Assembly (NCBI GenBank): GCA_022759365.1
Contig: JAEMPJ010000007.1
Coordinates: forward strand, 9,372-73,371
DNA length: 64,000 nucleotides
Origin: Thermogladius sp.
Lineage (GTDB): Archaea; Thermoproteota; Thermoprotei_A; Sulfolobales; Desulfurococcaceae
Direction: 5' to 3'
The position numbers and the translations under genes are program-made. Of the stretch, positions 22,278 through 31,818 are shown piece after piece. Position 1 is the first letter of the stretch, and each line of letters begins with the position of its first letter. Below the pieces are notes generated by a model. That model did no database searches. It was given only the letters and a program-made list of their open reading frames with translations, and was not told where the DNA came from.

Positions 22278-23638
22278 GGGCCGAACACCATGACTCTTGA
22301 AATCCTCGCTTCGACACCACCCAGTAGCTTGGCTAGCCCCAGCGTCGCTGAAACTAATATTAGAATGTACACTACCGGGAGCACGAGGAGCCTGAAAAAC
22401 GTCAGGGAGACCAGGCTAACCGCAAGAGGCATAACCGATCCTTTTTCAACAGTGGTCTCGAGGTATGAGACCTCGCTTACATCCGGCTTAGATATGTTGA
22501 GCTCTCCGACTTGGACAGTCAGGGTGTGCACGCCGGGGCTTAAATCCGCTGTAAAAGCCTTGTAGTCCACGCCAAACCACTCGAAGGAAGTCTCGTATCC
22601 TCCACTTCCACCACCGTCCACTGATATTACTAGGCTACTCCCCTCCTCGTAGACAACGTATACTTTAGTGTTGTATAAGACGTCGAACACGACTGTGAGC
22701 GTTCCATTAACTCTGCTAATGTTCTCGACAATGGCTTCATCAGTATTGTAGTATATGAAGTGGTTTACATTAATGGAGATTACGTTGGGAACCCTGTACG
22801 TCAGGTTGAGCGGTTTCGAGCCCTGGGTTATATTAGCTTCAACAGTGTACTTCGAGCCGGGCAGTAGGAAGTCCAACACCTGGGGGCCAACAGGGATCCA
22901 TTTATCTATAGAGGTGGCGTTCACAACCCCGTTTGAATCACTCAGATACGTGTACAGCAGGTTGCCTTCCAGGTCGGTGGAGTTTAAAACGAAGTAGGCC
23001 ACGGGGTTGCCCACTAGGTCGACTAGGCTTATGAGCGCTGGCTCCCCCTGGATGAGCTGTTGATCGGGCGGGGTCACCGTCGAGAACAAGGATATGAAGG
23101 AGGGCAGGAAGGGGGCCCCGATGGTGAAGACTATTGGCAACGCGATCAACACAGCGCCGGCCGGCCTCGTCAGCCTGAAGGGTACTGAGTAGAGGAGTAG
23201 GCCGACCGCGATCAGGGTCTTCGCCGTCGCGTATATGACGCTGACCGCTAGGTAGAACACCGTGACCGTCACGAGCACGTCTATGAGCAGGCTCACTAGA
23301 GGCGAGATCAAACCTGACGCGAGGAATCCAAGCCCGATCTTATTGTAGATAAAGCCTATGGTCTTCAAGACCAGGAAAAGCGTTGTCAGGGCTGCTGCCT
23401 CAGCGATATACCATGCGTTGAAAGCATCCCAGTTGGATCCCAGCAATGAGCTGAAGTAGGAGATACTGTACACTAAACCCTTGTAGCTGAACACTAGGAA
23501 AGCCGAGAAAACGCCGTCCACCATGAGCCTCGAGCCAAGCTTCTTGATAGACACCAGGGGTATGGGTAGACCCCTTAAAGCGGCGCCTAGGACGTAGGTT
23601 AGTATAGACAAATAGTAGGCCAGGTAGAGGATGTCCAT
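22274..23638 (-). CDS. cedA: Ced membrane channel protein CedA, with a large extracellular insert
   Basis: LAYYLSILTYVLGAALRGLPIP..KKLG..DG N-terminus, YSVPFRLTRPAGA.LIA, multiple TM segments. Confidence 0.88.
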   Translation of the reverse strand: MDILYLAYYLSILTYVLGAALRGLPIPLVSIKKLGSRLMVDGVFSAFLVFSYKGLVYSISYFSSLLGSNWDAFNAWYIAEAAALTTLFLVLKTIGFIYNKIGLGFLASGLISPLVSLLIDVLVTVTVFYLAVSVIYATAKTLIAVGLLLYSVPFRLTRPAGAVLIALPIVFTIGAPFLPSFISLFSTVTPPDQQLIQGEPALISLVDLVGNPVAYFVLNSTDLEGNLLYTYLSDSNGVVNATSIDKWIPVGPQVLDFLLPGSKYTVEANITQGSKPLNLTYRVPNVISINVNHFIYYNTDEAIVENISRVNGTLTVVFDVLYNTKVYVVYEEGSSLVISVDGGGSGGYETSFEWFGVDYKAFTADLSPGVHTLTVQVGELNISKPDVSEVSYLETTVEKGSVMPLAVSLVSLTFFRLLVLPVVYILILVSATLGLAKLLGGVEARISRVMVFGP

Positions 23639-23647
23639 CTAAAACCC

Positions 23648-23911
23648 CTATGGCGTTGGGGGCGGGGGCAACGGCTGGTAGACCGCTGAGGCGATGTAGG
23701 AGACAAGGGCGAACACGCTGCTCCCCACAGCGAGCCAGAACGCTGCCCAGACGCCGTCCTCGAGAATCTTCTCACCCGTCTTCTTAATCCTAGTGGAGGG
23801 TATAGGCAGCCCCTTCAACGCCCAGCCGACAACCCAGGATAAGAAGAATAGTGCCCACGCTACTACAACGACCTGCACTGTTACGTTTTTCACGAATTCA
23901 ACAAGATCCAT
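23648..23911 (-). CDS. cedA1: Ced pilin CedA1 (VirB2-like), 87 aa
   Basis: AWALFFLSWVVGWALKGLPIP...GEKILEDGVWAAFWLAVG; 2 TM; first gene of the operon. Confidence 0.9.
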   Translation of the reverse strand: MDLVEFVKNVTVQVVVVAWALFFLSWVVGWALKGLPIPSTRIKKTGEKILEDGVWAAFWLAVGSSVFALVSYIASAVYQPLPPPPTP

Positions 23912-23958
23912 TTTACAACCCGTTTTAAGCGGGTAGCTAACATTCATGACTCCTAGCC

Positions 23959-23964
23959 GAAACT
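23959..23964 (-). promoter_or_regulatory. ANTTTC DNA-damage-response-like element upstream of cedA1
   Basis: AGTTTCGG, hexamer ending 48 nt before the ATG; same spacing as in front of the PolB2 operon. Confidence 0.55.
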
Positions 23965-24012
23965 AACGAGGCGAAGCGGGCTTATTAGAGGGTTTAAACT
24001 AAATCACAATGC

Positions 24013-26037
24013 TTGAGATCGCCTCCAGTGATGCGTTGTATGCCGAGGACATGGCCTAAAGTAGCTAAAATCTACTGGGATCCCTACGACGACCTCCCGG
24101 TTATACAGCCGAGGCAGGACGAAATAGACCTATACTACGTTCTCAGGTTAACGGAGCCGGGGGACGCTAAGATAGCTAGACCCGGTGATCTGGCTAGGCT
24201 GAGGGAGACTGTTGTCAACGAGTTCGGTAGCGACAAGGTGTACAAGGCTCTATTCGAGGACAGGGTTGTCTTATTCAACAAAGTCCCCCACTGGGACTTG
24301 ATGTGGGAGGTCGCTTCTTCGGGTAATGTCTGGGGCCAACTCTACTTCAATCCGTTCATCGACTCGTGGAGGTTCAGGCTCAGCTACCATGGGGCATACG
24401 AGGTTTTGGATAAAGGGCTCGTAGACTATGTTAAAGTAGACTCAAAACACTTCTACACGGACATGCCCGTCAACCCGCCTTCAACCAGCCAGAGAAGCAT
24501 CGTGGTTCTCGACTACAAGGGGAGGATCAGGGGTTTAGCGGAGAAGGTTGACGGCCGGTTCATTATAACAAAAATATTCTACGACCAGCGCCCTCCCGTC
24601 GAGACTAGCAGGAAGCCTAGCAGTATCCAAGATGTAGTGAAGAAGAATATCGAGGGCTTAGTAGCGCTTGAGGAGAAGTCTATCAGACACCTCCTTAAAG
24701 TTCACAGAAGGTACAACTATAAGCCTGTCGTCTCCTACTCAGGCGGGAAAGACAGCCTGGTCAGCCTACACCTGGCGGTGAAAGCGTTTGGAAGCGTAGA
24801 CGTGTTGTTCAACGACACGGGTTTAGAGCTACCTGAGACGCTCAAAAACGTCGAGGAGGTCTCGGGGAAGTATGGTCTAAACCTTGTGACGGCATCGGCT
24901 GGAAACATGTTTTGGAGCGCTGTCGAGACTTTCGGCCCTCCTGGAAAGGATTACAGGTGGTGTTGCAAAATAATAAAGCTGGTGCCTATAGCGAAGACCA
25001 GTAGAGTGAAATGGCCTAACGGAGCCTTGAACATTGTGGGGCAGAGAGCATACGAGTCTCTCGACAGGGCGAAGAGCCCTGTTTTATGGAGGAATAAATG
25101 GATCCCCCACGTCGTGTCCACGACGCCGATCCAGGAGTGGAGCCAGCTCTCGATATGGCTCTATATCTACGCGAACAACCTCCCCTACAATAAACTCTAC
25201 GACAGGGGTTTCGCTAGGCTGGGATGCTACTTGTGCCCATCCAGCTACCTAGCCGAGTTCAAAGATGTTTCAACACACTACCCGTGCCTCTGGGAGAGGT
25301 GGGTTGAAGTCCTAGAACGCTGGAGGAGGAGGTTGAACCAGCCAGAGGAGTGGGTCAAGTATGGATTGTGGAGATGGCTTACACCAGCATCTGCCAAAAA
25401 GAGGATTTCAAAGAGAATACCCGGCTATGTGATCGACTGGAGGAGGGAATACGTGTCCAGGCTACTCTCCAGCGAAGCAAGATTAGCCCCTTTAAAGGTC
25501 GAGAGAGAAGGGGGCTCCGCGAGAATACTGTTCAACGACGTCATAATCGACGACGAGTCACAACAGGTCTTCTCCGAGAACATTAGGATGCTCGCCTCCA
25601 AGGTATGGCGTGAAGGTGAAACAGTGTTCGTCGAGTCGAAGAACACCCGTATCCGCATAGCCGGGGACACGATGTTCGTCGAGCCGTTTACGAGGGATGA
25701 AAACATAGAGGATCTGGCAGACGTCCTGAAAGTGATTTATAGGATTAGATCGTGTGTTAAGTGTGCTAGCTGTATTTTATGGTGCCCGCTGAACGCTATA
25801 AAAATGACCCCTAAAGGCCCCTTGCCCAGGACGCCTTGCCTCTCCTGCAAACTATGCATTGACACATGCCCCCTAGCCGACCAGCTTGTCGAGAAGGTCG
25901 TTATCCCACTTATACTAGACAACCCGAAGGCGTTCAAACGGGCCTCGAGGAGACATAGCGACCATATCCTGGCGTTGTTCAGCAAACTGTACAAGCTGTC
26001 TAAAGGCGGTAGAGAGGCTTCTAGTGGTCTCGGCTAA
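24013..26037 (+). CDS. PAPS reductase-family protein with C-terminal 4Fe-4S ferredoxin domain
   Basis: PP-loop SYSGGKDS, DTGLE, RWCCKIIK, RLGCYLCP, CVKCASCILWCP and CLSCKLCIDTCP; true start probably ATG ~24040. Confidence 0.85.
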   Translation: MRSPPVMRCMPRTWPKVAKIYWDPYDDLPVIQPRQDEIDLYYVLRLTEPGDAKIARPGDLARLRETVVNEFGSDKVYKALFEDRVVLFNKVPHWDLMWEVASSGNVWGQLYFNPFIDSWRFRLSYHGAYEVLDKGLVDYVKVDSKHFYTDMPVNPPSTSQRSIVVLDYKGRIRGLAEKVDGRFIITKIFYDQRPPVETSRKPSSIQDVVKKNIEGLVALEEKSIRHLLKVHRRYNYKPVVSYSGGKDSLVSLHLAVKAFGSVDVLFNDTGLELPETLKNVEEVSGKYGLNLVTASAGNMFWSAVETFGPPGKDYRWCCKIIKLVPIAKTSRVKWPNGALNIVGQRAYESLDRAKSPVLWRNKWIPHVVSTTPIQEWSQLSIWLYIYANNLPYNKLYDRGFARLGCYLCPSSYLAEFKDVSTHYPCLWERWVEVLERWRRRLNQPEEWVKYGLWRWLTPASAKKRISKRIPGYVIDWRREYVSRLLSSEARLAPLKVEREGGSARILFNDVIIDDESQQVFSENIRMLASKVWREGETVFVESKNTRIRIAGDTMFVEPFTRDENIEDLADVLKVIYRIRSCVKCASCILWCPLNAIKMTPKGPLPRTPCLSCKLCIDTCPLADQLVEKVVIPLILDNPKAFKRASRRHSDHILALFSKLYKLSKGGREASSGLG

Positions 26038-28810
26038 TGTACTCTTTAACCATTAGGAATCTCTTCTCGCTCTCATATATTTCTTGGATGAGATCACCGC
26101 CCCTGGCAACACTATTCAATATCCTGGCCGCCTCGTGGGCTCCAACCCCTCTAGCAGATAAAGCAAGCAAGGCATCCTTCTTGAACCTGTAGAGCAGTGT
26201 AGCCCTCTTGCTCAGTTCATCCAGCAATTTATCCTCGTCGCTGTTAAGCCTCTCACCCTTCTTCAATTTATTGACGAGGCCGAGCTCTCTTGAAATATCG
26301 CGTCCTTTAACAAGGGTTAGAGTCGCCTTACCGCACTTCGGGCAGTTAAACTCTTTCTTATCCAGGAAGTCTGCTACAGTCCCACTCTTGTAATAACCAC
26401 AGCTCAAGCATAGTAGCGTTACCTTACGCGATAGAAGCTTAGAGAGGTAAGCCTCTTGATCGAACACTATGCCTTTGAATATGGGAACCTCTATATATTC
26501 TAAGATTTCTCGGTGGAATTCGTTTATTCTCTCCGACACCCTCCCCTCAACTCTGACCACACCCTTCTCAATAAGCTCCGAGAGCTCTTGTGCTGATCTA
26601 ACGTCGTAGTCTTTAGCTAGAACCTCCTTGAACGCTTCCCTCCCGATCACGGTGTCAACGAATGCCTGGAGCAGCGCGTTGCTCACTCTCTCTACTTCGG
26701 GGGATATAGCGCCGAACCTCTGGGCCACCTGGTATATCCGCCATAGAAGGGTCTTACTCTCCCTTACAGCTCCTGCTAGGAACTCCCCGCTAACAAACTT
26801 TTTAAGGTTTTTGAAGAAACCGAGGATGTCTTTCTGCAACAACCCTAGGTCGGTGTTTCCAGCTCTGATCACAATAGCGTAAGGGGTTGAATACGCTCTT
26901 ACTTTCGCAAGCGGGTTTGTCTTCTTGATATAATATGATAATAGGTCTTTAAGCATCAAGTTTAGTTTAGAGCCGCCGAACACGTTTACAAATATGACAC
27001 CCAACGGGACAACATAGTCGACGACTATCGTCTTGTCGTTTCCAAAAAGCCGGGCCACCTCAGTCCTGAGATCTGCTTTTAAGCCATACTCCTCCCTCAA
27101 TTTCTCGACCTCGCCTCTGGCCAGCCTCCGCAACACGCTCCCAACCTCTCTGGCAACCTTGTATTCAACAGGTATATTCTCGCCTTCCCAGAAGGGTACT
27201 ACAGCCTCATCTGTCGGCGCTGCCACTTTCTCCACATACAGTTTGTTCTCGCTTTCGGCATACGATAGGATTTTCCAAACACTCCCCGCAAGAACCAAGA
27301 AGTCCCCTGGCTGGATATTTAGAACCACGTAGTCCTCATCTAAGGCTCCGACTCTTCTGCCGGTAACATCGAATACGTTGATCTCCCTTGTTGAAGGTAT
27401 CATAGAGGTCTTGTAGACATGGAGCCTCGTCTTACGGGTGGGTTTTATGATCCCGGACTCCAACTTCACTATCCTACTGTACTCCAGGTAATTCACCACA
27501 TCCATGAAGTCTTCGTATGATAAGTCTTTGTATAAAGCGTTCTGGACTATATCCGCGTAAACCTTGCTTACATTAATCCCCCGGGGGTTCACCAGGGAGT
27601 ATACTGCTAGAGCATACGATAATACGTCCAGGGGGGAGGTGTATATCTCCTCTTCTTCAAGGATGTTTCTCACAGCTCTTTTCGCTAGCACGATAGACTC
27701 CAAGTAGTGTAGGAGGTTGCTCGTCGATACAATACTACCGCGCGCCACACCACCTAGCTTATGCCCGCTTCTACCAATCCTCTGAACAAGCCTTGTCACC
27801 TGCCTCGGCGACAAGTACTGTACCACATAGTCCACCCTACCTATGTCGATACCGAGCTCTAGGCTCGATGTAGCGACCACCGCCTTTATCTCCCCGTTCT
27901 TAAACCTCTTCTCCACCTCCTCCCGGTGCTCCCTTGAGAGGCTGCCGTGGTGTACACCTATATTGACCTCGTACCCGAGCCTCTCGCTAATCGAGTTCAA
28001 GAGGTTGCTCAAGTACTCGGCCATAGTCCTGGTGTTGGTGAAGACGAGGACTCCCCCGCTCCCAGCGATTTTCTCCAATATGTACATGGCTCTCGCAACA
28101 ACCCTCTCATCCCCTATGTACTTAGCCAGCTCCTTGCATTTCCCGGTGCAAGAAGGGGTTTCCACCTCTATCTCGTAGCTCTTACTTCCAACATCTCTTA
28201 CAACCTCTGTGGGGAGCTTGTTGACCGAGGAGAGGATTTGCCTCACAGAGTTCTCGTCACTTAGAGTCGCCGTCAAGCCTATTATAACCGGTCTCACACC
28301 TATGTAGTTTAGGACGAGATAAAGCACTGTGAGTAGGAGTAGGCCCCTCTTACTCTCGATAATCTCGTGGAGCTCATCTAAGACCACGAATTTAAGGTTA
28401 GACAACTTCTTCAACAAGTCCTCGTTTAAGAGAATGTAATTGAGTGTCTCTGGTGTTGTAACAAGTACTTGGGGAGGGTTTTTCTGGATGGCCTTCCTAG
28501 CGTGGTAGGGTGTATCGCCGTGTCTCAACGCGACGCTCACGCCAAAACACTCCGCTATCCTGCTTATCCTCTCAGCTATATCCCTGTTCAACGCTCGGAG
28601 AGGAGTGATGTATACACAGGAGATAGGCTCGCTTCTCAACCTTGAAATAGAGTAGAAGACTGGCAGGATAGCTGCCTCTGTTTTGCCCACGCCGGTTGGG
28701 GCCACTATAACGACGTTGAAGCCCCTCCCAGCTATCTTCTTAAAAGCCTCTTTCTGCAGAGCTGTAAACTCTCTATAACCAAGCCTACGTAGACAGTCTG
28801 GCAAACTCAT
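26021..28810 (-). CDS. lhr: Lhr-family SF2 DEAD/H helicase
   Basis: APTGVGKTEAA, ITPLRALNRD, DELH, HHGSLS, ATSSLELGIDIG, QRIGRSGH; C-terminal Zn ribbon. Confidence 0.92.
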   Translation of the reverse strand: MSLPDCLRRLGYREFTALQKEAFKKIAGRGFNVVIVAPTGVGKTEAAILPVFYSISRLRSEPISCVYITPLRALNRDIAERISRIAECFGVSVALRHGDTPYHARKAIQKNPPQVLVTTPETLNYILLNEDLLKKLSNLKFVVLDELHEIIESKRGLLLLTVLYLVLNYIGVRPVIIGLTATLSDENSVRQILSSVNKLPTEVVRDVGSKSYEIEVETPSCTGKCKELAKYIGDERVVARAMYILEKIAGSGGVLVFTNTRTMAEYLSNLLNSISERLGYEVNIGVHHGSLSREHREEVEKRFKNGEIKAVVATSSLELGIDIGRVDYVVQYLSPRQVTRLVQRIGRSGHKLGGVARGSIVSTSNLLHYLESIVLAKRAVRNILEEEEIYTSPLDVLSYALAVYSLVNPRGINVSKVYADIVQNALYKDLSYEDFMDVVNYLEYSRIVKLESGIIKPTRKTRLHVYKTSMIPSTREINVFDVTGRRVGALDEDYVVLNIQPGDFLVLAGSVWKILSYAESENKLYVEKVAAPTDEAVVPFWEGENIPVEYKVAREVGSVLRRLARGEVEKLREEYGLKADLRTEVARLFGNDKTIVVDYVVPLGVIFVNVFGGSKLNLMLKDLLSYYIKKTNPLAKVRAYSTPYAIVIRAGNTDLGLLQKDILGFFKNLKKFVSGEFLAGAVRESKTLLWRIYQVAQRFGAISPEVERVSNALLQAFVDTVIGREAFKEVLAKDYDVRSAQELSELIEKGVVRVEGRVSERINEFHREILEYIEVPIFKGIVFDQEAYLSKLLSRKVTLLCLSCGYYKSGTVADFLDKKEFNCPKCGKATLTLVKGRDISRELGLVNKLKKGERLNSDEDKLLDELSKRATLLYRFKKDALLALSARGVGAHEAARILNSVARGGDLIQEIYESEKRFLMVKEYISRDH

Positions 28811-28905
28811 TTTTCTACCCAGGTATGAACCAGGTAAGCAGGCGGGATTCCAATATCCGGGAAATACTTTAAACCCTTTTATCTTAGACTATTCAAATAG
28901 AGTAG

Positions 28906-28980
28906 GGGCCCGTGGTCTAGCCTGGTCAGGATGCGGGGTTCGGGTCCCCGTGACCCGGGGTTCAAATCCCCGCGGGCCCA
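28906..28980 (+). tRNA. tRNA-Pro(CGG), no intron, CCA not encoded
   Basis: Acceptor GGGCCCG/CGGGCCC+A; anticodon arm CGGGG-TTCGGGT-CCCCG; T arm CGGGG-TTCAAAT-CCCCG; TTTAAA box at ~28868. Confidence 0.96.
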
Positions 28981-28998
28981 TCACCATGGTGCTCAGTT

Positions 28999-29394
28999 TT
29001 GGCTGAGGACAACAAGTGTACTGTGCAGGGTTCTCTGAAGAGCGTGATCGAGGAGGCCGAGAAGCTCGAGCAGTACGATGAACAAGCGTTAAGGAGGTTC
29101 ATTAGACTGCAAGTCCAGAACGTTGACTTAGACACGTGGGTTTACCTAGGCCCCTCAGGCGACTACGTGTTGGTTCCAGGGCTCTTCTGCAGTTGCAACG
29201 ATTTCACTATAAGGGTGGTGGGTAAGAGGGAGAAATGCTACTGCAAACACCTCGTTGAGCAAGCGGTCTCCGAGAGGAAAAAGCTTTATAAGACAGTGAA
29301 CCTGGAGTCTTTTGAAGAATACGTTAAAATATTAAACGAAATTTTTACTCAGAATCTAACATCAACCCTTAGAAGAAAGTTGTACTCGAGGTAG
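28999..29394 (+). CDS. SWIM zinc-finger protein
   Basis: FCSCNDF ... CYCKH. Confidence 0.8.
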   Translation: MAEDNKCTVQGSLKSVIEEAEKLEQYDEQALRRFIRLQVQNVDLDTWVYLGPSGDYVLVPGLFCSCNDFTIRVVGKREKCYCKHLVEQAVSERKKLYKTVNLESFEEYVKILNEIFTQNLTSTLRRKLYSR

Positions 29395-29400
29395 GCCGGG

Positions 29401-29733
29401 ATGGGTAAGAGGAGGAAGAAATATAAAAGAGTGGTTAAAAGAGAGGCGAAACTCCCGACAGTATTCCAGTGCCCTAGATGTGGTGCTAAAACATTGAGCG
29501 TTAGATTCGAGAAGACCGATACTCCTGGTTTCAAAAAAGCAGTGATTTCATGTGGTTCCTGCGGGCTCTACGCCGAGTATCCTCAGCCGGTTCCCGAAAT
29601 ATGGGAGCCCGTGGACGTCTACGCCAAGTTCATAGATTTATATCTCGAAGGTAAAATCACAGTTGAAACCAGGAAACCGGAGAAAGGGAGTGAAGTTGGG
29701 GAGGGTCAGCAAGTATCTGAGGGAGAAAGTTGA
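29401..29733 (+). CDS. elf1: transcription elongation factor Elf1
   Basis: MGKRRKK, LPTVFQCPRCG, CGSCG, EPVDVYAKFID. Confidence 0.9.
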   Translation: MGKRRKKYKRVVKREAKLPTVFQCPRCGAKTLSVRFEKTDTPGFKKAVISCGSCGLYAEYPQPVPEIWEPVDVYAKFIDLYLEGKITVETRKPEKGSEVGEGQQVSEGES

Positions 29734-30436
29734 AAGAGGGGAGAAGCTACACTTCACACTAATAGACCCGGCGAAGAAGATAGACCACAGCCAACTAGAG
29801 AAGATCGCTCTCGGGTTGTATGAGGCTGGCACAGACGCTTTCCTGATCGGAGGTAGTATCGGGGTCGCCCCCGAGGACGCGGGCGAGATAGCAGACGTTT
29901 TAAAGAAAACAACAGGTTTACCCGTGATAATCTTCCCAGGCAACATCAACTGTCTGACGCCTAGGGCCGACGCAGTTCTCTTCATGGTTTTAATGAACAG
30001 CCTAGAACCATACTACCTCATGCAGGCCCAAGTCCAGGCGGCACCACTGGTTAGAAGATACGGGTTGGAGGCGTTGCCCACAGGGTATATCGTATTCTAC
30101 GGCGACACATCGGTGGCGCATGTCGGGAGAATACAGCCTATACCACCCGACAAGCCGGAGCTTGGTTTAGCATACGCTTTAGCCGCTGAGATGATGGGCT
30201 ACCAGTACCTGTATCTTGAAGCCGGTAGCGGCGCTAGTAGGCCAGTCCCCGAAGCGTTCCCCAGCATCATAAAGAAGCACACTAGCCTCATACTGATAGT
30301 GGGAGGAGGCATACGCTCCCCGGAGACCGCTAGGAGCCTCACTAGGGCTGGAGCCGATGTCATCGTGACAGGGACTATCGTCGAGGAGGATTACGAGAAG
30401 GCCTCCAATATAATCAGGGCTATAAAGAGCCGTTAG
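29696..30436 (+). CDS. geranylgeranylglyceryl phosphate synthase
   Basis: HFTLIDP, IGGS, YLEAGSGA, VGGGIRS, ADVIVTGT; start approximate. Confidence 0.93.
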   Translation: MGRVSKYLREKVERGEKLHFTLIDPAKKIDHSQLEKIALGLYEAGTDAFLIGGSIGVAPEDAGEIADVLKKTTGLPVIIFPGNINCLTPRADAVLFMVLMNSLEPYYLMQAQVQAAPLVRRYGLEALPTGYIVFYGDTSVAHVGRIQPIPPDKPELGLAYALAAEMMGYQYLYLEAGSGASRPVPEAFPSIIKKHTSLILIVGGGIRSPETARSLTRAGADVIVTGTIVEEDYEKASNIIRAIKSR

Positions 30437-30680
30437 CCCTAGCATACTTGGCTTTGAAAGCCTCTTCTAAGTCTATGTTAAGAAGGTTGGCTATGCTTAG
30501 AAGCCAGGCGAAGACGTCGGCTATCTCCTCCCGCATATTAGGCTTATCCATCTCAAGGATCGCTCTAGCCAGCTCGCCAACCTCCTCCACGAACCACGTG
30601 AATGTCGCGAACAACCCTCTAGCATGGTCTCTCTCATAGTACATTCTCCTTATGAGATCCTGAGCCTCCTTCAACTCCAA
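30420..30680 (-). CDS. MazG-like NTP pyrophosphohydrolase
   Basis: WFVEEVGELA, EEIADVFAWLLSIAN. Confidence 0.88.
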   Translation of the reverse strand: MELKEAQDLIRRMYYERDHARGLFATFTWFVEEVGELARAILEMDKPNMREEIADVFAWLLSIANLLNIDLEEAFKAKYARANGSL

Positions 30681-30743
30681 GCGTGTGCACCAGCTTTATG
30701 CTTATTAAGAGTCTAGCAGATAAAAGCTTGCGGTGTAGGCGTT

Positions 30744-30922
30744 TGAGTAAGGCTAGGAAAAGGAGAAAAGAACTCACAGCACCTTTGACAGCCGCCGGGC
30801 TCATTAGATTCTACGAGGAGTCCGATGTGGGTATTAAAGTAAAACCGTATGTCCTTATACTTCTAGCATTATCGCTAAGCATAGCCGCAATAGTACTCCA
30901 GAAAGTCCACCCGCTGTATTGA
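30744..30922 (+). CDS. secG: preprotein translocase subunit Sec61beta/SecG
   Basis: TAAGLIRFYEESD.GIKVKP followed by one TM segment; start approximate. Confidence 0.88.
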
Positions 30923-30924
30923 GC

Positions 30925-31818
30925 TCACATGTGCCTTTTAACCCACTCCCAGTTGTTCTCAACGTACTCCTGGATACTCTTAACCATCTTCTCGTCAACG
31001 TTCTTAAACCTCCCCTGAAGCTTCAAGTATTCTTCAACAGGCTTCCTCTTCGAAGGATCTAGCAGAGGTCTGCTCGGCCCCGACAAGTGTATTCTCCCAT
31101 CGTAGTACTCGTAGAGGATCCAGAGGCCTGTTTCAACGGCGAGCCTGGCCACCCTTACAGTGTACCTGGGGTCGAATCTCCAGCCGACGGGGCATGGGGC
31201 GTGTAGGCTTATGAATTTAAAGCCTTTGATCTTGCTGGCTCTCACAAGCTTGCTGTAGAAGTCGTGGACGTAGCCTATACTAGCTGTGGCAACGTAGGGT
31301 ACTCCGTGGGCTATCATTATCCTGGCTACATCCTTCTTCTCCTCCCCCTTCCCGAGTATAGGTGTCGTGGTGGTCCATGCCCCCCTAGGCGTTGAGGAGC
31401 TTCTCTGAATACCTGTGTTCATGTAGGCCTCGTTGTCGTACATTATGTAGATGAAGTTGTGGTTCCGCTCGGCCGCGCCGCTTAGGGAAGCCATACCTAT
31501 GTCGGCTGTCCCTCCGTCGCCGGCCCAAGCTATCACCTGCACATCGCTTACACCCCTCTTCTCCAGCGCCTCGGCCACGCCTGAAGCAACAGCGGCAGCC
31601 GACGCGAAGGGGACGTGTATCACGCTTGCTTTCAGCGAGTTACCAGGGTACATCCCCACCACGACGGAGGAGCAGGATGCAGGTATCACAAGGATCATCT
31701 TGTCACCGAATACAGCTGAGAGCACTTTCCACGCTATCGGTATCGGGCAACCAGGGCAGGCGGCATCCCCCGGCAACACGACGTCTCTAGCCTTATAAGG
31801 TAGAGCCGGCTTGCTCAT
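30925..31818 (-). CDS. porB: 2-oxoacid:ferredoxin oxidoreductase beta subunit
   Basis: ACPGC, GDGGTADIG, DNEAYMNTG, APCPVGW. Confidence 0.92.
   Translation of the reverse strand: MSKPALPYKARDVVLPGDAACPGCPIPIAWKVLSAVFGDKMILVIPASCSSVVVGMYPGNSLKASVIHVPFASAAAVASGVAEALEKRGVSDVQVIAWAGDGGTADIGMASLSGAAERNHNFIYIMYDNEAYMNTGIQRSSSTPRGAWTTTTPILGKGEEKKDVARIMIAHGVPYVATASIGYVHDFYSKLVRASKIKGFKFISLHAPCPVGWRFDPRYTVRVARLAVETGLWILYEYYDGRIHLSGPSRPLLDPSKRKPVEEYLKLQGRFKNVDEKMVKSIQEYVENNWEWVKRHM

Noticed and set aside
22135..22320. 61-aa ORF listed between cedA and cedB
   Set aside because: Wrong frame; the 2-TM ORF at 22119-22277 with an ATGA overlap fits CedA2
28853..28866. TATTTC-ccg-GAT 51 nt upstream of lhr as another damage element
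   Set aside because: Imperfect match that coincides with the BRE of the divergent tRNA promoter; cannot be separated, so not counted
28975..29394. Integrated element at tRNA-Pro
   Set aside because: No integrase, no repeat of the tRNA 3' end seen, and the flanking genes are housekeeping
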